From a virus: a DNA stretch of 64,000 nt. The stretch lies in the IMG/VR virus record IMGVR_UViG_3300017783_000001. One strand, given 5' to 3'. Below are positions 54,629 through 64,000 of the stretch, piece by piece. The translations under genes and the position numbers were made by a program. Under the pieces are notes generated by a model that saw only the letters and a list, made by a program, of their open reading frames with translations, was not told the origin of the DNA and searched no databases. Positions within the stretch are counted from its first letter, which is position 1. Every line of letters begins with the position of its first letter.

Positions 54629-55777
54629 TTAGGGTTTTTGTAGTATAAAGACTGGCTCGTATTTAGCGCCACTCTCTTGTGATGATAGTTGAAGCTTGTA
54701 TGTATCAGTATGTTTGAAGCCTTCCTCAACTGCGATTCGCACCGTATCGTCTTCAAAGGTTTTATGTGATTTGATATTCGCTACATTCAATCCCATAAAC
54801 TTACCTGGTTTCAATCCTTGATAAACATTCTTAATAGTCTCTCGTAAGAAGCCATTGTTCCAATCTTCGTTAGTGCTGAAGTTTTTAAATGATTGTTCAG
54901 CGTCATCACTATATTGTTCCCAATTGAAATACGGTGGACTTGTAAATGCAAAGTCTAGTGTATTCTCTTTAGGTTTAAATGTTTCACTACCTTGTTTATT
55001 TAAGAAGTAGTGTCTATTAGGATTAGCGTGATTTGCTTTAATTTCTGTTAGTCCTTTAAATGTCAATGTCGCTGGGTCTGTACCTACATAGTTAATATCT
55101 GAAATCATTGCACCAAGTATACGACCACCATAACCCATACTCATATCCCAGACTAGTTCTCCAGGTTGCATAAAGTTTTGATATAAACAAGCAGCTGCTG
55201 TTGGTCTGAAATTAGATACACATTGAGTACCTGTATATCTTCTTAATAGACTTCGCATTGTACTTTCTGCTTTGTGTTTTGCTTGGTCGCTTGTATGTGT
55301 CTCATTACCATAGATGTCATATGAAATAGGTTTCAATTGATTTACTGAATACTTACCAAAGAAAGAACCAGTTAATAGTTTCTTAATACCTTTCTTAAAG
55401 TGTTCTTCGTTCTCATATATCTCCATAGGAGTTTTCATCTTACCACATCTAATACCAAAACTATGTGGCATATAAGACCAAGCAAGTGATAGACCTTCTT
55501 GGTGTGGTTTGATTACTTTATCTTGTGTCAATAAATCTTTACAATTTACAGCAGATAGTTTAGCAAACTTTTCTTTTCTCCATTGTTCGTCTACAGAATA
55601 ATAAGGAAAGCCTCTAGTCTGCCAATACTCATAGACTTCATCTATGTTTCTTTCTAGTTCAGCTTCATCGGTTACAACACCTTTGAGATTACCTTTACTT
55701 GTGATATTCTCTTCGCCTTGTATGTCAACAAACGCTTCTAGTGAAGCACTACCTTTTGTATCTGTAAGTTTTTTCAT
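54629..55777 (-). CDS. Amino DNA methyltransferase (same family as 38306-39538)
   Basis: SNFRPTAA, WDMSMGYGGR, FTSPPYF..EQY, LKPG. Confidence 0.85.
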   Translation of the reverse strand: MKKLTDTKGSASLEAFVDIQGEENITSKGNLKGVVTDEAELERNIDEVYEYWQTRGFPYYSVDEQWRKEKFAKLSAVNCKDLLTQDKVIKPHQEGLSLAWSYMPHSFGIRCGKMKTPMEIYENEEHFKKGIKKLLTGSFFGKYSVNQLKPISYDIYGNETHTSDQAKHKAESTMRSLLRRYTGTQCVSNFRPTAAACLYQNFMQPGELVWDMSMGYGGRILGAMISDINYVGTDPATLTFKGLTEIKANHANPNRHYFLNKQGSETFKPKENTLDFAFTSPPYFNWEQYSDDAEQSFKNFSTNEDWNNGFLRETIKNVYQGLKPGKFMGLNVANIKSHKTFEDDTVRIAVEEGFKHTDTYKLQLSSQESGAKYEPVFILQKP

Positions 55778-55780
55778 ATT

Positions 55781-56083
55781 CTATTGTCCACTCATATCTG
55801 ATTTACCGGTGCCTTTAGGTCCATTTACTGGAACTTTGTCACCATATTCTACGGTTGCATTGCCGTAGGCTTCTTGTTGTCTTATAGAAGTTAAATCAGG
55901 AAGAGGTGCTGTACCTTTGTCTTTACCGGATTCTACTTCTTGTTTATTAAATCTAGGTTTTCCTGATTTGTCTAAACTGCCGACATTCAATGGAAATCCA
56001 GGTCTTAACTTCTCTACTTTGCCACCTCTTTTTAAAAACTCTTCAACGGTTTCTTTTTTCATAGGTATTTCTTTTTGTACCAC
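55781..56083 (-). CDS. Hypothetical protein
   Basis: VEEFLKRGGKVEKL motif; probable start MKKET. Confidence 0.65.
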   Translation of the reverse strand: MVQKEIPMKKETVEEFLKRGGKVEKLRPGFPLNVGSLDKSGKPRFNKQEVESGKDKGTAPLPDLTSIRQQEAYGNATVEYGDKVPVNGPKGTGKSDMSGQ

Positions 56084-56322
56084 GCATAGAATCTTTTATC
56101 AGTAAAGTATTCTGCAATCGCATTAGCAGGAACTTGGTCACTTCTAATACAATCTGCTACATCCTGATAGTCTGTTATATCTACTTTGTGTTGTGTTTTC
56201 ATTTTCATATTACTTAATGTTATTAGTGTTCTTCTTCTTTTTTCCTTCTCGTAGGATTCGTCCATAATTAGGCCACCCAAACTTATCAGGACTTTCGCCA
56301 ACATATCGCCAACGAATAACAC
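56059..56322 (-). CDS. Hypothetical protein
   Basis: CIRSDQVP motif; probable start MDESY. Confidence 0.65.
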   Translation of the reverse strand: MLFVGDMLAKVLISLGGLIMDESYEKEKRRRTLITLSNMKMKTQHKVDITDYQDVADCIRSDQVPANAIAEYFTDKRFYAWYKKKYL

Positions 56323-56378
56323 CTGTGTTTGGATTCCTTTCGTATATTTTTTCTTTATTTTTATTCATAGTACTTATT

Positions 56379-57074
56379 CTACACTACTTTCCCAAACTTG
56401 TCAAGCAGGTCTAAACGATTAAAGTATGATTTATCAAAAACCTCTTTGTCTAGTTCAACTCCAATATATTGTCTTCTCATTTCTTTTGCAATCCAAGGTA
56501 CAATACCACTACCAGCAAATGGGTCAAATACTATTTGATTCTCTTTTGATAGATAATCAACTATAAGTTTAATAAAATTATCGTTCCACACATATAGATT
56601 GAAAGGACCTTTGATATTACCTAGTCTTTTTGTTTCATATACTAATATATTCTTTAACCAGTCACCACCTCTTTTGATAGTACCTTTCTTTGTAAATACA
56701 AGTGTATGTTGATAATTGAAGTAATACATATCTCTTTTTTCAACAGGTGTATTTCTTACCATTATCTTATAGTCTTTTAATTTAAAACCATTTCTTATCA
56801 TTGCTTGATGATATGTTATATGGTTAGGTAGTATCTCACCATTAATCTTTCTATCTGTTTGAGATATAACTACAAAACCTTCATCTTTCGTAATTCTTGC
56901 CATCTGGTCGCAACTTCTATTTTGAAACTCTTGGTATTGTTCTATGTCTTTACCCCACGGACCTTGTGATATATCAGGTAAACTAGTAAAGGTCAAATCA
57001 ATACTCTTGTCTGCTACTTTAGGAAATATATCAAAAGCGTCACCGTGATGAAACTTATTAACTACATCTTTCAT
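56379..57074 (-). CDS. Beta-class DNA-methylase-like SAM enzyme with atypical motif IV
   Basis: HGDA, IDLTFTSLPD (in place of TSPPY), VFDPFAGSG, YIGVELD. Confidence 0.75.
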   Translation of the reverse strand: MKDVVNKFHHGDAFDIFPKVADKSIDLTFTSLPDISQGPWGKDIEQYQEFQNRSCDQMARITKDEGFVVISQTDRKINGEILPNHITYHQAMIRNGFKLKDYKIMVRNTPVEKRDMYYFNYQHTLVFTKKGTIKRGGDWLKNILVYETKRLGNIKGPFNLYVWNDNFIKLIVDYLSKENQIVFDPFAGSGIVPWIAKEMRRQYIGVELDKEVFDKSYFNRLDLLDKFGKVV

Positions 57075-57610
57075 TTCTTTATCTCCGGTATATAATATGC
57101 AAAGTGTATCAATCTTCTATTCCCACTTCCGTTGTTTGCTCTATGTTCAAATTGAGGCGATTGATTTAACCAGACAAATTGTCCTGGTCTACAGAATATT
57201 CTACACTTACTTACACCATATGGTATGCCATCTTTATCTAAAATGTCTTCACCTGCAATCTCAATATAGTTTTCATTCATATCGTTACCTTCATCTAGGT
57301 ATACTAATATGTTTGAATTAAATTTATCTCCTGCAACAAAGTCATTATGAAATTCATTATTCTCTTTGGTTACTCCGTTCCACAAACCAGGTTCTTCTGT
57401 AAGTTCAAATTTAGGATATGTTTCTGATATAACTTCTTCTAGTTGTTCTTGTACTTTCTTAATCTCTTGTTTACAATTATCAGGTAGTTTTAAGTCTTCA
57501 GGATTGTAATCAATACTAGGAAACTTTACATCATCAAATAGTTGTACATTAATATCTACATCACCTGTATAAAAACCATCTTTAAAAAATGTTGTCATAT
57601 CATACTTCAT
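57071..57610 (-). CDS. 2OG-Fe(II) oxygenase
   Basis: FHND, ILVYLD, FEHRA, RR. Confidence 0.75.
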   Translation of the reverse strand: MKYDMTTFFKDGFYTGDVDINVQLFDDVKFPSIDYNPEDLKLPDNCKQEIKKVQEQLEEVISETYPKFELTEEPGLWNGVTKENNEFHNDFVAGDKFNSNILVYLDEGNDMNENYIEIAGEDILDKDGIPYGVSKCRIFCRPGQFVWLNQSPQFEHRANNGSGNRRLIHFAYYIPEIKK

Positions 57611-58506
57611 TGTATACCTCCGGTTATTTCGTGTACTTCACTTTGATTTAGTCTTCTACCAACACACCAGAATACATTAGTACCTTCATATATGTTTATG
57701 TTCTCGGTCATCCATTTATGTGCTTTTGCTTCGTATAAGTCATCTAACATAAATGATTTTTCTTTAGGATAGTACTCTTCTGAATCCGTGTAGTTAGGAT
57801 TTGTTATCTCCGTTTTCAGAGGAGTACTATAACTAGTTTTAGGTGTGTGAAATTCAAAAGGATAATCATTTTGTTCTATGCCAAAATAACTTCTTATATT
57901 CTTTGTTCTATCAGGTCCTACACCGACACCGATAACTCTTTTTACTTTCTTATTATATTTCTTTAAACCATACATTACTGCTGACATCTGAATACCTACA
58001 CCACAACTCATAACTAAATTGTCTATTTCATCTGGTAAGTTTTGCACTTGTTCGCCATTAGTCTCTAACATCAATTCAGGTTCTTCCATAATCCATTTAT
58101 CAAAAGATGTATAGAAGTATTTTTCTTTTTCTATAATATCTTTTGTTCTCTTTGCAAGTACACTATTGATACCGTGTCCTGCAACTATTCTTATCTCTCC
58201 ACCATAGTATTGTGCAAGGTGCATTATATGGCGTTTTTGTAATGTTTCAGGTTTAGTACCACCAACTGCAAATATTGATTTAAAACCAAACTCTTTTGCA
58301 ACTCTACTGATAACACTAGCGGTAGGACTATGTACTGAAACAGATTGTATAACTCCGTTATTGTGTTCATTTTTTATCCTGTCTTTATATTTTTCAAACA
58401 AGGCAATCGTTTGTCTCATTTTGCCACCATTGACATCACCATATGGAGCAAACAAATCGTCTCGTTTATAATATATATTATCGTATTTTTCTATGGGCGT
58501 CAGCAT
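57607..58506 (-). CDS. PLP-dependent fold-type II enzyme (ACC deaminase/cysteine desulfhydrase-like)
   Basis: YYKRDDL, GGKMR (PLP Lys), SVHSP, SCGVG, LD.LYEAKA. Confidence 0.85.
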   Translation of the reverse strand: MLTPIEKYDNIYYKRDDLFAPYGDVNGGKMRQTIALFEKYKDRIKNEHNNGVIQSVSVHSPTASVISRVAKEFGFKSIFAVGGTKPETLQKRHIMHLAQYYGGEIRIVAGHGINSVLAKRTKDIIEKEKYFYTSFDKWIMEEPELMLETNGEQVQNLPDEIDNLVMSCGVGIQMSAVMYGLKKYNKKVKRVIGVGVGPDRTKNIRSYFGIEQNDYPFEFHTPKTSYSTPLKTEITNPNYTDSEEYYPKEKSFMLDDLYEAKAHKWMTENINIYEGTNVFWCVGRRLNQSEVHEITGGIQ

Positions 58507-59677
58507 TAAATAATTTTCTCACTTTATCATTTGCAACAACATCAATAACTAAATGTGTTCTCCATTCGTCACCATTGTTAATTGCCATATGTGGTTTTCT
58601 AATATCTAGGTACCAGCAACTTCCTTCTTCCATATTAGTCATCACTTTAGTACCTGAAGTAGACCAACTTGTAAACTCTACATCTGGATTTGTTTTGATA
58701 GGTATATGTATTCTCATTAATCTACCATCTGCAATTCCTAGGTCTGGGTCTACTTGGTCTGTATGTCTTTGTAATTCTCCACCACCTGGTTTCAAATTCA
58801 TAAATCTTACTCTATGTATTTCTGTTTCAAATACATCTAATATCTTTTCTACTAGAGGAAACTTCTTACGCCAATCTGTATCTTGTAATTCAAATTGTTC
58901 ATCTTTGTTTTCTTCTTTCCACTTCTTATTCATTTCTACAGGTTTTGTAATAAACTTATAATCAGAAGAATAACCTCTTAATGAGATTGCACTCCAAGAC
59001 TTTGCTTTGTTGTAGTTTGAATAGTGATTAGTAAACTCTACTTCCATATCGTGTAATTGTTTTGCAAGTTGTTTTGTAATATCATCAAACGATACATTCA
59101 TAGGTTTCAATGTATACTTCTCATAGACAGGTATTTTTGGGTGTTGTCTATCTTCTAATACATTACCTGCGTGTCTAAAATAAACTCCTATAATATCTGC
59201 AACTGAATTAAACTTACTACCTACATAATCAAATCCTGTCTCACTTGCGATATGTTTATCAGGACCACTTTCTTCATTAATAAACAACCATACATTATTG
59301 TTAATATATTGTGTATCTTCCATTAATGTTGTAATAATATTTCTTTTATCAAATTCGTCTGTATAACCTAGATGTTTAATATGAATATCGCCAGGTAGTT
59401 TAGTACCTATCAATACACCAGGAAACATAAAGATATTAGATTTAACTTTTACTTGTGAATAGTGAATAAGACCTTTACCTAATAGTTGCAATTCATCTTT
59501 AGATAATGCTTCTGCAATATTGTTCTTCTTAAACTTGCTCATTTCGTGCTGAGCATAGTCATTATAAGAAGTAAATCTTTTTTCTAAATCTTTTAAATAA
59601 TCTATTTGGAATCCTTTTTGCCAAGGTTTACTTTCTGTGGCTGGGACTCCTTCATTGCTTTTTGGTATCGTTTCCAT
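58478..59677 (-). CDS. Asp/Asn beta-hydroxylase-family 2OG oxygenase with GNAT-like N-domain
   Basis: WSAISL, RVRFM.L.PG, HTD, RIHIPI.TN, KPH.A.N, RTHLVID. Confidence 0.8.
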   Translation of the reverse strand: METIPKSNEGVPATESKPWQKGFQIDYLKDLEKRFTSYNDYAQHEMSKFKKNNIAEALSKDELQLLGKGLIHYSQVKVKSNIFMFPGVLIGTKLPGDIHIKHLGYTDEFDKRNIITTLMEDTQYINNNVWLFINEESGPDKHIASETGFDYVGSKFNSVADIIGVYFRHAGNVLEDRQHPKIPVYEKYTLKPMNVSFDDITKQLAKQLHDMEVEFTNHYSNYNKAKSWSAISLRGYSSDYKFITKPVEMNKKWKEENKDEQFELQDTDWRKKFPLVEKILDVFETEIHRVRFMNLKPGGGELQRHTDQVDPDLGIADGRLMRIHIPIKTNPDVEFTSWSTSGTKVMTNMEEGSCWYLDIRKPHMAINNGDEWRTHLVIDVVANDKVRKLFNADAHRKIR

Positions 59678-60474
59678 TTTTTCATCTCCTTTTCTGCCTT
59701 ACGATATGCTAAGTCTAATTTTAGTTTGCTAACTTTCTGAACCATTAACTCACCTTTTTGGTGGTCGTATTCGTGTTGGCATACTCTACTCATCATACCA
59801 TCTAAATGTGCTTCTTTTAAATCTCTATTCTCGTCTTCGTATTTCATAACACATTTACGAGGTCTATTAATACTAACAAATAAAAAAGGAAAAGTCAAGC
59901 AGCCTTCTTTCATTAGTACATCTTCACTACTGGTCTGTATAATTACTGGATTAAAGGCCGCTATCTTCAATCCTTTTTCTATTGATTCGTGGTCTCCTGC
60001 AACAAACATATTGAAAGGTAACCCAATCTGTATCGCACTTAAACCGATACCACCATATTTGTGCATAAGAGCAAACATACCGTCCACAAGTTCTTGTCTA
60101 CTTTTTAGACCATACTCTTCTAGCATTTCATCTTTGAAAGGTGCTACAGGTTGTCTAACTCTTGGATCCTGTGGTGGTAATAATTCGTATTGAAATGATT
60201 TAGGGTCTATACCTTTTCTAATTTCAACATCTTTATTCTTATCTGTCATATCTTCAACAAAGCCTTGGTCTCTTTGTTCATTTAATTTTTTCATAATATC
60301 TTTGTTATCAATCCATTGACCATCTTCTTGTTGTTCAACTTCACCTTTTTTAATCATACCTTCTGCTTGTTTCATCAAGTCATCTTTAAACTTTTCTTCT
60401 TCTGCAACAGACATTCTTTGTCTATCACCTGTATGAACAGCAGTAGTTGGATTATCTTTTAAATCTTTAGACAT
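59602..60474 (-). CDS. def: Peptide deformylase with an N-terminal extension
   Basis: GIGLSAIQ, EGCLTF, QHEYDH. Confidence 0.92.
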   Translation of the reverse strand: MSKDLKDNPTTAVHTGDRQRMSVAEEEKFKDDLMKQAEGMIKKGEVEQQEDGQWIDNKDIMKKLNEQRDQGFVEDMTDKNKDVEIRKGIDPKSFQYELLPPQDPRVRQPVAPFKDEMLEEYGLKSRQELVDGMFALMHKYGGIGLSAIQIGLPFNMFVAGDHESIEKGLKIAAFNPVIIQTSSEDVLMKEGCLTFPFLFVSINRPRKCVMKYEDENRDLKEAHLDGMMSRVCQHEYDHQKGELMVQKVSKLKLDLAYRKAEKEMKKWKRYQKAMKESQPQKVNLGKKDSK

Positions 60475-62182
60475 TTTCTAACCTCGTAAAGTTTTGGTAC
60501 TTTTCAAATTTAATTATATTAGTAAATTTGTCAAACATAATATCTCCTTTATGTGATATGATAAAGACATTTTCTTTTGAAAGTGTAGCGATAATCTTAA
60601 AGAAGTCATCTGTTCCTTGACCATCTAAACTACTATCAAATATCTCATCAAGTATTAATAAATTTGTATTAACGGAGTTTTTCATCTTCGCAATACTTCT
60701 CCAAGTGAATAGTAATGACAAGTCAATTCTCATCTTCTCACCTTCACTAAAATTATTGTAGTTAAAAGAATCCATATGTCTACTCTTAACCGTCTCTTTA
60801 AACTCTTCGTCTAAATGAAAAGATATAAAGAAGTCCATTGATTGTAGGTACTGATTAATAAGTGTATTCATTACTGGAATATACTTCTTAATAATTTGTG
60901 CTCTTGCACCACTATCGTCTACAATCTGTCTTAATACATCAATATATTTCTTCTCTTCAATAACTTCGTCTCGCTCTGCTATTGTCTTAACTAGGTCTTG
61001 CTTCAACTTCAATATCTCTTCTTTGATATTTAGGCCTGAGGCATCCTCTACTTGTAGCAGTTCAATCTCATCTTGTATTCTATCACTATGTCTTTTAATC
61101 TCATCAACACTATGATTAAGTTTTGAAACATTTGTTTCTATAGTTCTAATAGTTTCTGATACTTTATCAAGGTTTAGTATCTTCTCTTCTGTATTAGTAA
61201 TTTCAGTTAATAGTTGTTTATAACCTTCATTAAGTTTATCTACAGCAGCCTTCTCTTCATTGATTTTCTCTTGTTTGAAACTAGGTTCAAGTTCTTGTGT
61301 ACAAACAGGACAATTAGTATTCTCTTCAAAGAATTTTAATGTTCTTTTGTGTGTCTTTAAATTAGTATCAATCTTACTTTCTAGTTTCTGTAATTGAAGA
61401 AACTTACTTTTAGTCGTTTCTTTGTTTTGTAGTTTTAATTTGTTTGTTTCAATTTCGTTATTGAGACTATTGATACGAACCATATAATCTCTTTTACCTT
61501 GTTGTGCTTTCTCTATGTCTTCTTTTTTTCTAGTGATAGCGTCTGTATCTCTACCTTGTAATTCTTCGTAATGTTTCTCTTGTAGATTAACTTTGTTTTC
61601 AATTAAATCTACCTGATGTCTCATTGTGGTAATGTCTTTGGTCAAGTCTTGTTGTTTACTTCTTAACAATAAGTTCATACTTGCAAATACTTTAATGTCT
61701 AGTATCTCTTCAATTACATCCCTACGATAACTTGCTCTCATCTTCATAAATGGTTCATAAGAAGAAGAACCTAAAATTACAACTTGACAAAATGACCTGT
61801 AATTAAGTTTCATTATATTCTGTTCAAGGTACTTTTGATAATCTATAGAAGAAGCATCCTGATTTAATAAAATGCCGTCTTGGTATATTTCAAATATGTT
61901 AGGTTTAATACCTCTTCGTATTTTGTATTTCTTTGGACCAATACTAAAGTAAACTTCAACAACGGTATCAGCATTGTTGATTGTATTAACCATCTGGTCT
62001 TTTTTAATAATTCTAAAAGGTTTGTTAAACAATGCAAAGCATAAAGCGTCAAGTAAAGTTGATTTACCTGAACCATTAGTACCTATGATTAATGTCGTAG
62101 GTGATTCATTTAAGTTTACGCTGATTGGTGTATTACCTGTAGAAAGAAAGTTCTTCCAGGTTATGTTATGAAATATTATCAC
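60467..62182 (-). CDS. gp46: Recombination endonuclease ATPase subunit (Rad50-like)
   Basis: KNFLSTGN, GTNGSGKST, CPVC hook, FSEGEK, LDEIFD, ISH. Confidence 0.97.
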   Translation of the reverse strand: MIIFHNITWKNFLSTGNTPISVNLNESPTTLIIGTNGSGKSTLLDALCFALFNKPFRIIKKDQMVNTINNADTVVEVYFSIGPKKYKIRRGIKPNIFEIYQDGILLNQDASSIDYQKYLEQNIMKLNYRSFCQVVILGSSSYEPFMKMRASYRRDVIEEILDIKVFASMNLLLRSKQQDLTKDITTMRHQVDLIENKVNLQEKHYEELQGRDTDAITRKKEDIEKAQQGKRDYMVRINSLNNEIETNKLKLQNKETTKSKFLQLQKLESKIDTNLKTHKRTLKFFEENTNCPVCTQELEPSFKQEKINEEKAAVDKLNEGYKQLLTEITNTEEKILNLDKVSETIRTIETNVSKLNHSVDEIKRHSDRIQDEIELLQVEDASGLNIKEEILKLKQDLVKTIAERDEVIEEKKYIDVLRQIVDDSGARAQIIKKYIPVMNTLINQYLQSMDFFISFHLDEEFKETVKSRHMDSFNYNNFSEGEKMRIDLSLLFTWRSIAKMKNSVNTNLLILDEIFDSSLDGQGTDDFFKIIATLSKENVFIISHKGDIMFDKFTNIIKFEKYQNFTRLENV

Positions 62183-63240
62183 TTATCTTGCACCTCACTA
62201 TATAAGTCTTTCACTATACTATTCATCTTATTTTTATCTAATTCAGTATCTAAACTATTAATATAATTTTGTAAGAAAGATAATGTATCTTCTCCTTGGT
62301 CCACTATATTAACATCAGCAGTTGAATTGATATTATAACTATCTTCAATAACATTTACTTCGTTTGTGTGTATATCATTATGTAGTCTATCAATAAAGTC
62401 ACCAAACTGGTTGACATCTGTTTTTTCTTCTACAATAACTTTGACAAAACAATCTTCGTATTCACTTATGTCCATATTACTATATGAATTTGTTTTATCA
62501 TTATATATTATCTTCTTAAACATATTGATAGGATTAGGAATTCTTGTTAGTTCTCTTGTATCTGTATCAAAGATATGAAAACCTTTAGGACATTGATAAT
62601 CTGACCAAGTAATCTCGTATTGTGTACCTAGATAAAAGATAGTACCGTTATCTGATTTTCTATGATAGTGACCAGAATATACTTTCTCAAATCTTTTAAA
62701 CAAGTCCATTTCTAAACCGTGTTCTTGGAAGTGTCCTTTGTGCATTTCAAAACCTTTAACTTCAAGGTGCCCCATACATATTTGTGCTTGACTTTCTGAT
62801 ATTGCTTTTAGACTTTCTTCTTCATTCTCTGGACATATCCAAGGTATGAATAGAATAGGCAAACCATCAAACTCAACCGTCTTTGGTTTCTCGTATATAA
62901 ATGGTTCGTTTACACCATCAAAAGTTGTAATTAGTTGTTGCATACTATTAATAGAGTTTGTGTTCTTATAGTATGTGTCGTGGTTACCTAGTATAATATG
63001 TGTATCAATCTTCATATCCCATAGTCTCTTCCAAAACTTATTTTGAAAGTTATGAGCAGTATTAAAGTTAATAAATTTTCTTCTGTCTACTACATCGCCT
63101 AAATGTATTAAGGTTGTGATGTTATTCTCTTCCAAGTATGGAAAAAATATCTCATCATAAAACCGGTTAAAATATTTAATAAATGCAGGACTATCACTTC
63201 TTGCACCGAAGTGAGTGTCGTTCAACAACGCTATTTTCAT
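62179..63240 (-). CDS. gp47: Recombination endonuclease subunit (Mre11-like)
   Basis: DTHFG, LGDVVDRR, GNHD, GHLE, SGHYH. Confidence 0.97.
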   Translation of the reverse strand: MKIALLNDTHFGARSDSPAFIKYFNRFYDEIFFPYLEENNITTLIHLGDVVDRRKFINFNTAHNFQNKFWKRLWDMKIDTHIILGNHDTYYKNTNSINSMQQLITTFDGVNEPFIYEKPKTVEFDGLPILFIPWICPENEEESLKAISESQAQICMGHLEVKGFEMHKGHFQEHGLEMDLFKRFEKVYSGHYHRKSDNGTIFYLGTQYEITWSDYQCPKGFHIFDTDTRELTRIPNPINMFKKIIYNDKTNSYSNMDISEYEDCFVKVIVEEKTDVNQFGDFIDRLHNDIHTNEVNVIEDSYNINSTADVNIVDQGEDTLSFLQNYINSLDTELDKNKMNSIVKDLYSEVQDK

Positions 63241-63242
63241 AA

Positions 63243-63860
63243 TTAAAAGTTCTCTAAATTTATCTTTGCTTTTCTAGTTCTTTTTAGTTTTGCACCTTTA
63301 GGTTTTGCCTCGTAAGGTTCACTTGTTGGTTCTTGGCTTGGTAAGTTCTTTTGTAAGAATTCTGTAAATTGATTTTTAAAGTCTCTATCATCACCTGGTT
63401 GCAAAGTCATATCGTCATAGTTTGCATCCATAATAAGCTTATGTTTGATTGTTGTTTGTTTCTTTTCTTTCTGTATTCGTCTTACAAAGGCATAATAGAT
63501 AATTTGTGTAAAGTATGCAAATGGATTGTTTGACTTCTCTGGATTAAAGTTACCTAGATATTGTAAACAATTCTCAATACCATCTGAAATCATATCGTCT
63601 CTAAAAGTATAATTGATAAAGTTAGGTCTATATGATAAGTGGTTTGCAATCTTTAAAAAACATTCTCCAATGTAATTAGTAACCGGAGGTTGCTTTCTGT
63701 TTCTTGCTTCTGCTTTATTACATTTCTCTTTATACTCTACCATTGCAGCTAGAAACTCTTTGTTATTAACATAGTGTTCCTTCTTCGCCGGTGTTCGTAT
63801 GCGTTTCTTTTTTTCAGGCACTTCGGCCGTTTCAATTTTTTTATTTGTTTTAGTTTTCAT
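63243..63860 (-). CDS. gp55: Late transcription sigma factor
   Basis: HYVNNKEF, NFINYT, MISDGIENC, NPFAYFTQI. Confidence 0.97.
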   Translation of the reverse strand: MKTKTNKKIETAEVPEKKKRIRTPAKKEHYVNNKEFLAAMVEYKEKCNKAEARNRKQPPVTNYIGECFLKIANHLSYRPNFINYTFRDDMISDGIENCLQYLGNFNPEKSNNPFAYFTQIIYYAFVRRIQKEKKQTTIKHKLIMDANYDDMTLQPGDDRDFKNQFTEFLQKNLPSQEPTSEPYEAKPKGAKLKRTRKAKINLENF

Positions 63861-63869
63861 TATGTTCTC

Positions 63870-63898
63870 ACTATACTATATGTTGTTAAATAAGTCAA
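63870..63898 (-). promoter_or_regulatory. Sigma70-type promoter of gp55
   Basis: GCTTGACT-N17-TATAGT. Confidence 0.75.
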
Positions 63899-63933
63899 GC
63901 TCCTAACACTTTTAATTTTGTTGGCACAGGCGC

Positions 63934-63962
63934 TTGACATATCCTGGAACCTATGTTATTAT
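63934..63962 (+). promoter_or_regulatory. Divergent sigma70-type promoter
   Basis: GCTTGACA-N17-TATTAT on the plus strand. Confidence 0.65.
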
Positions 63963-64000
63963 CAGCGTGTCGCTGGGAGAGAATAGAGTCTATAGAGTAG

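Noticed and set aside
57607-58506. ACC deaminase as a plant-interaction gene
   Set aside because: Only fold-level similarity; the context is methylases and oxygenases in a marine-type phage
63-62578. Numerous plus-strand ORFs in the track (e.g. 15142-15912, 58443-58961, 24951-25391)
   Set aside because: Antisense shadows of minus-strand genes, Ser/Phe/Leu-rich, without SD sequences or motifs
1-64000. CRISPR array, integrase/transposase, or stop-codon reassignment
   Set aside because: No regularly spaced repeats or recombinase motifs seen; core genes are intact in the standard code and end with TAA, TAG or TGA

Overview
AT-rich 64-kb segment of a T4-like myovirus genome, with almost every gene on the minus strand. 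The most likely host is a marine alphaproteobacterium of the SAR11/pelagimyophage type. This is inferred from the alphaproteobacterial-type bS21, Prx5, ISC-type ferredoxin, 17-kDa-antigen lipoprotein and ROSE element, and from the absence of photosynthesis genes in the window. Core genes: gp55, gp47/gp46, gp45/44/62, regA, gp43, uvsX, gp40, gp41, gp61, nrdA/nrdB, glutaredoxin, RuvC-like resolvase and rnh. Also present are a spanin pair, tRNA-Leu(UAA), tRNA-Arg(UCU), many sigma70-type promoters and T4 late TATAAATA boxes. Main hypotheses: (1) A late block (~19.8-33.2 kb) whose enzymes carry T4 capsid-targeting-like N-termini and whose multidomain proteins have L/I-x-E prohead-protease sites at domain junctions. 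This looks like a virion-packaged, proteolytically matured payload. It includes a KxDG ligase, P-loop kinases, and a PAP2/Pol-beta NTase/HxGH NTase fusion, possibly an injected RNA-repair or nucleotide counter-defence kit next to the tRNAs. (2) A candidate DNA-hypermodification operon (two MTase-fold proteins, two 2OG-Fe(II) oxygenases, a PLP enzyme). (3) A GIY-YIG nuclease flanked by methylases. (4) A ribosome-remodelling set (RimK-RimB fusion, bS21, PDF, RegA). (5) Non-coding signals: two copies of a four-G-tract element 48,200 bp apart, a TGCTC-N7-GCTTGACA promoter class, a ROSE thermometer on hsp20 and a ~190-nt structured RNA. All calls come from motifs read by eye; no database searches were run.
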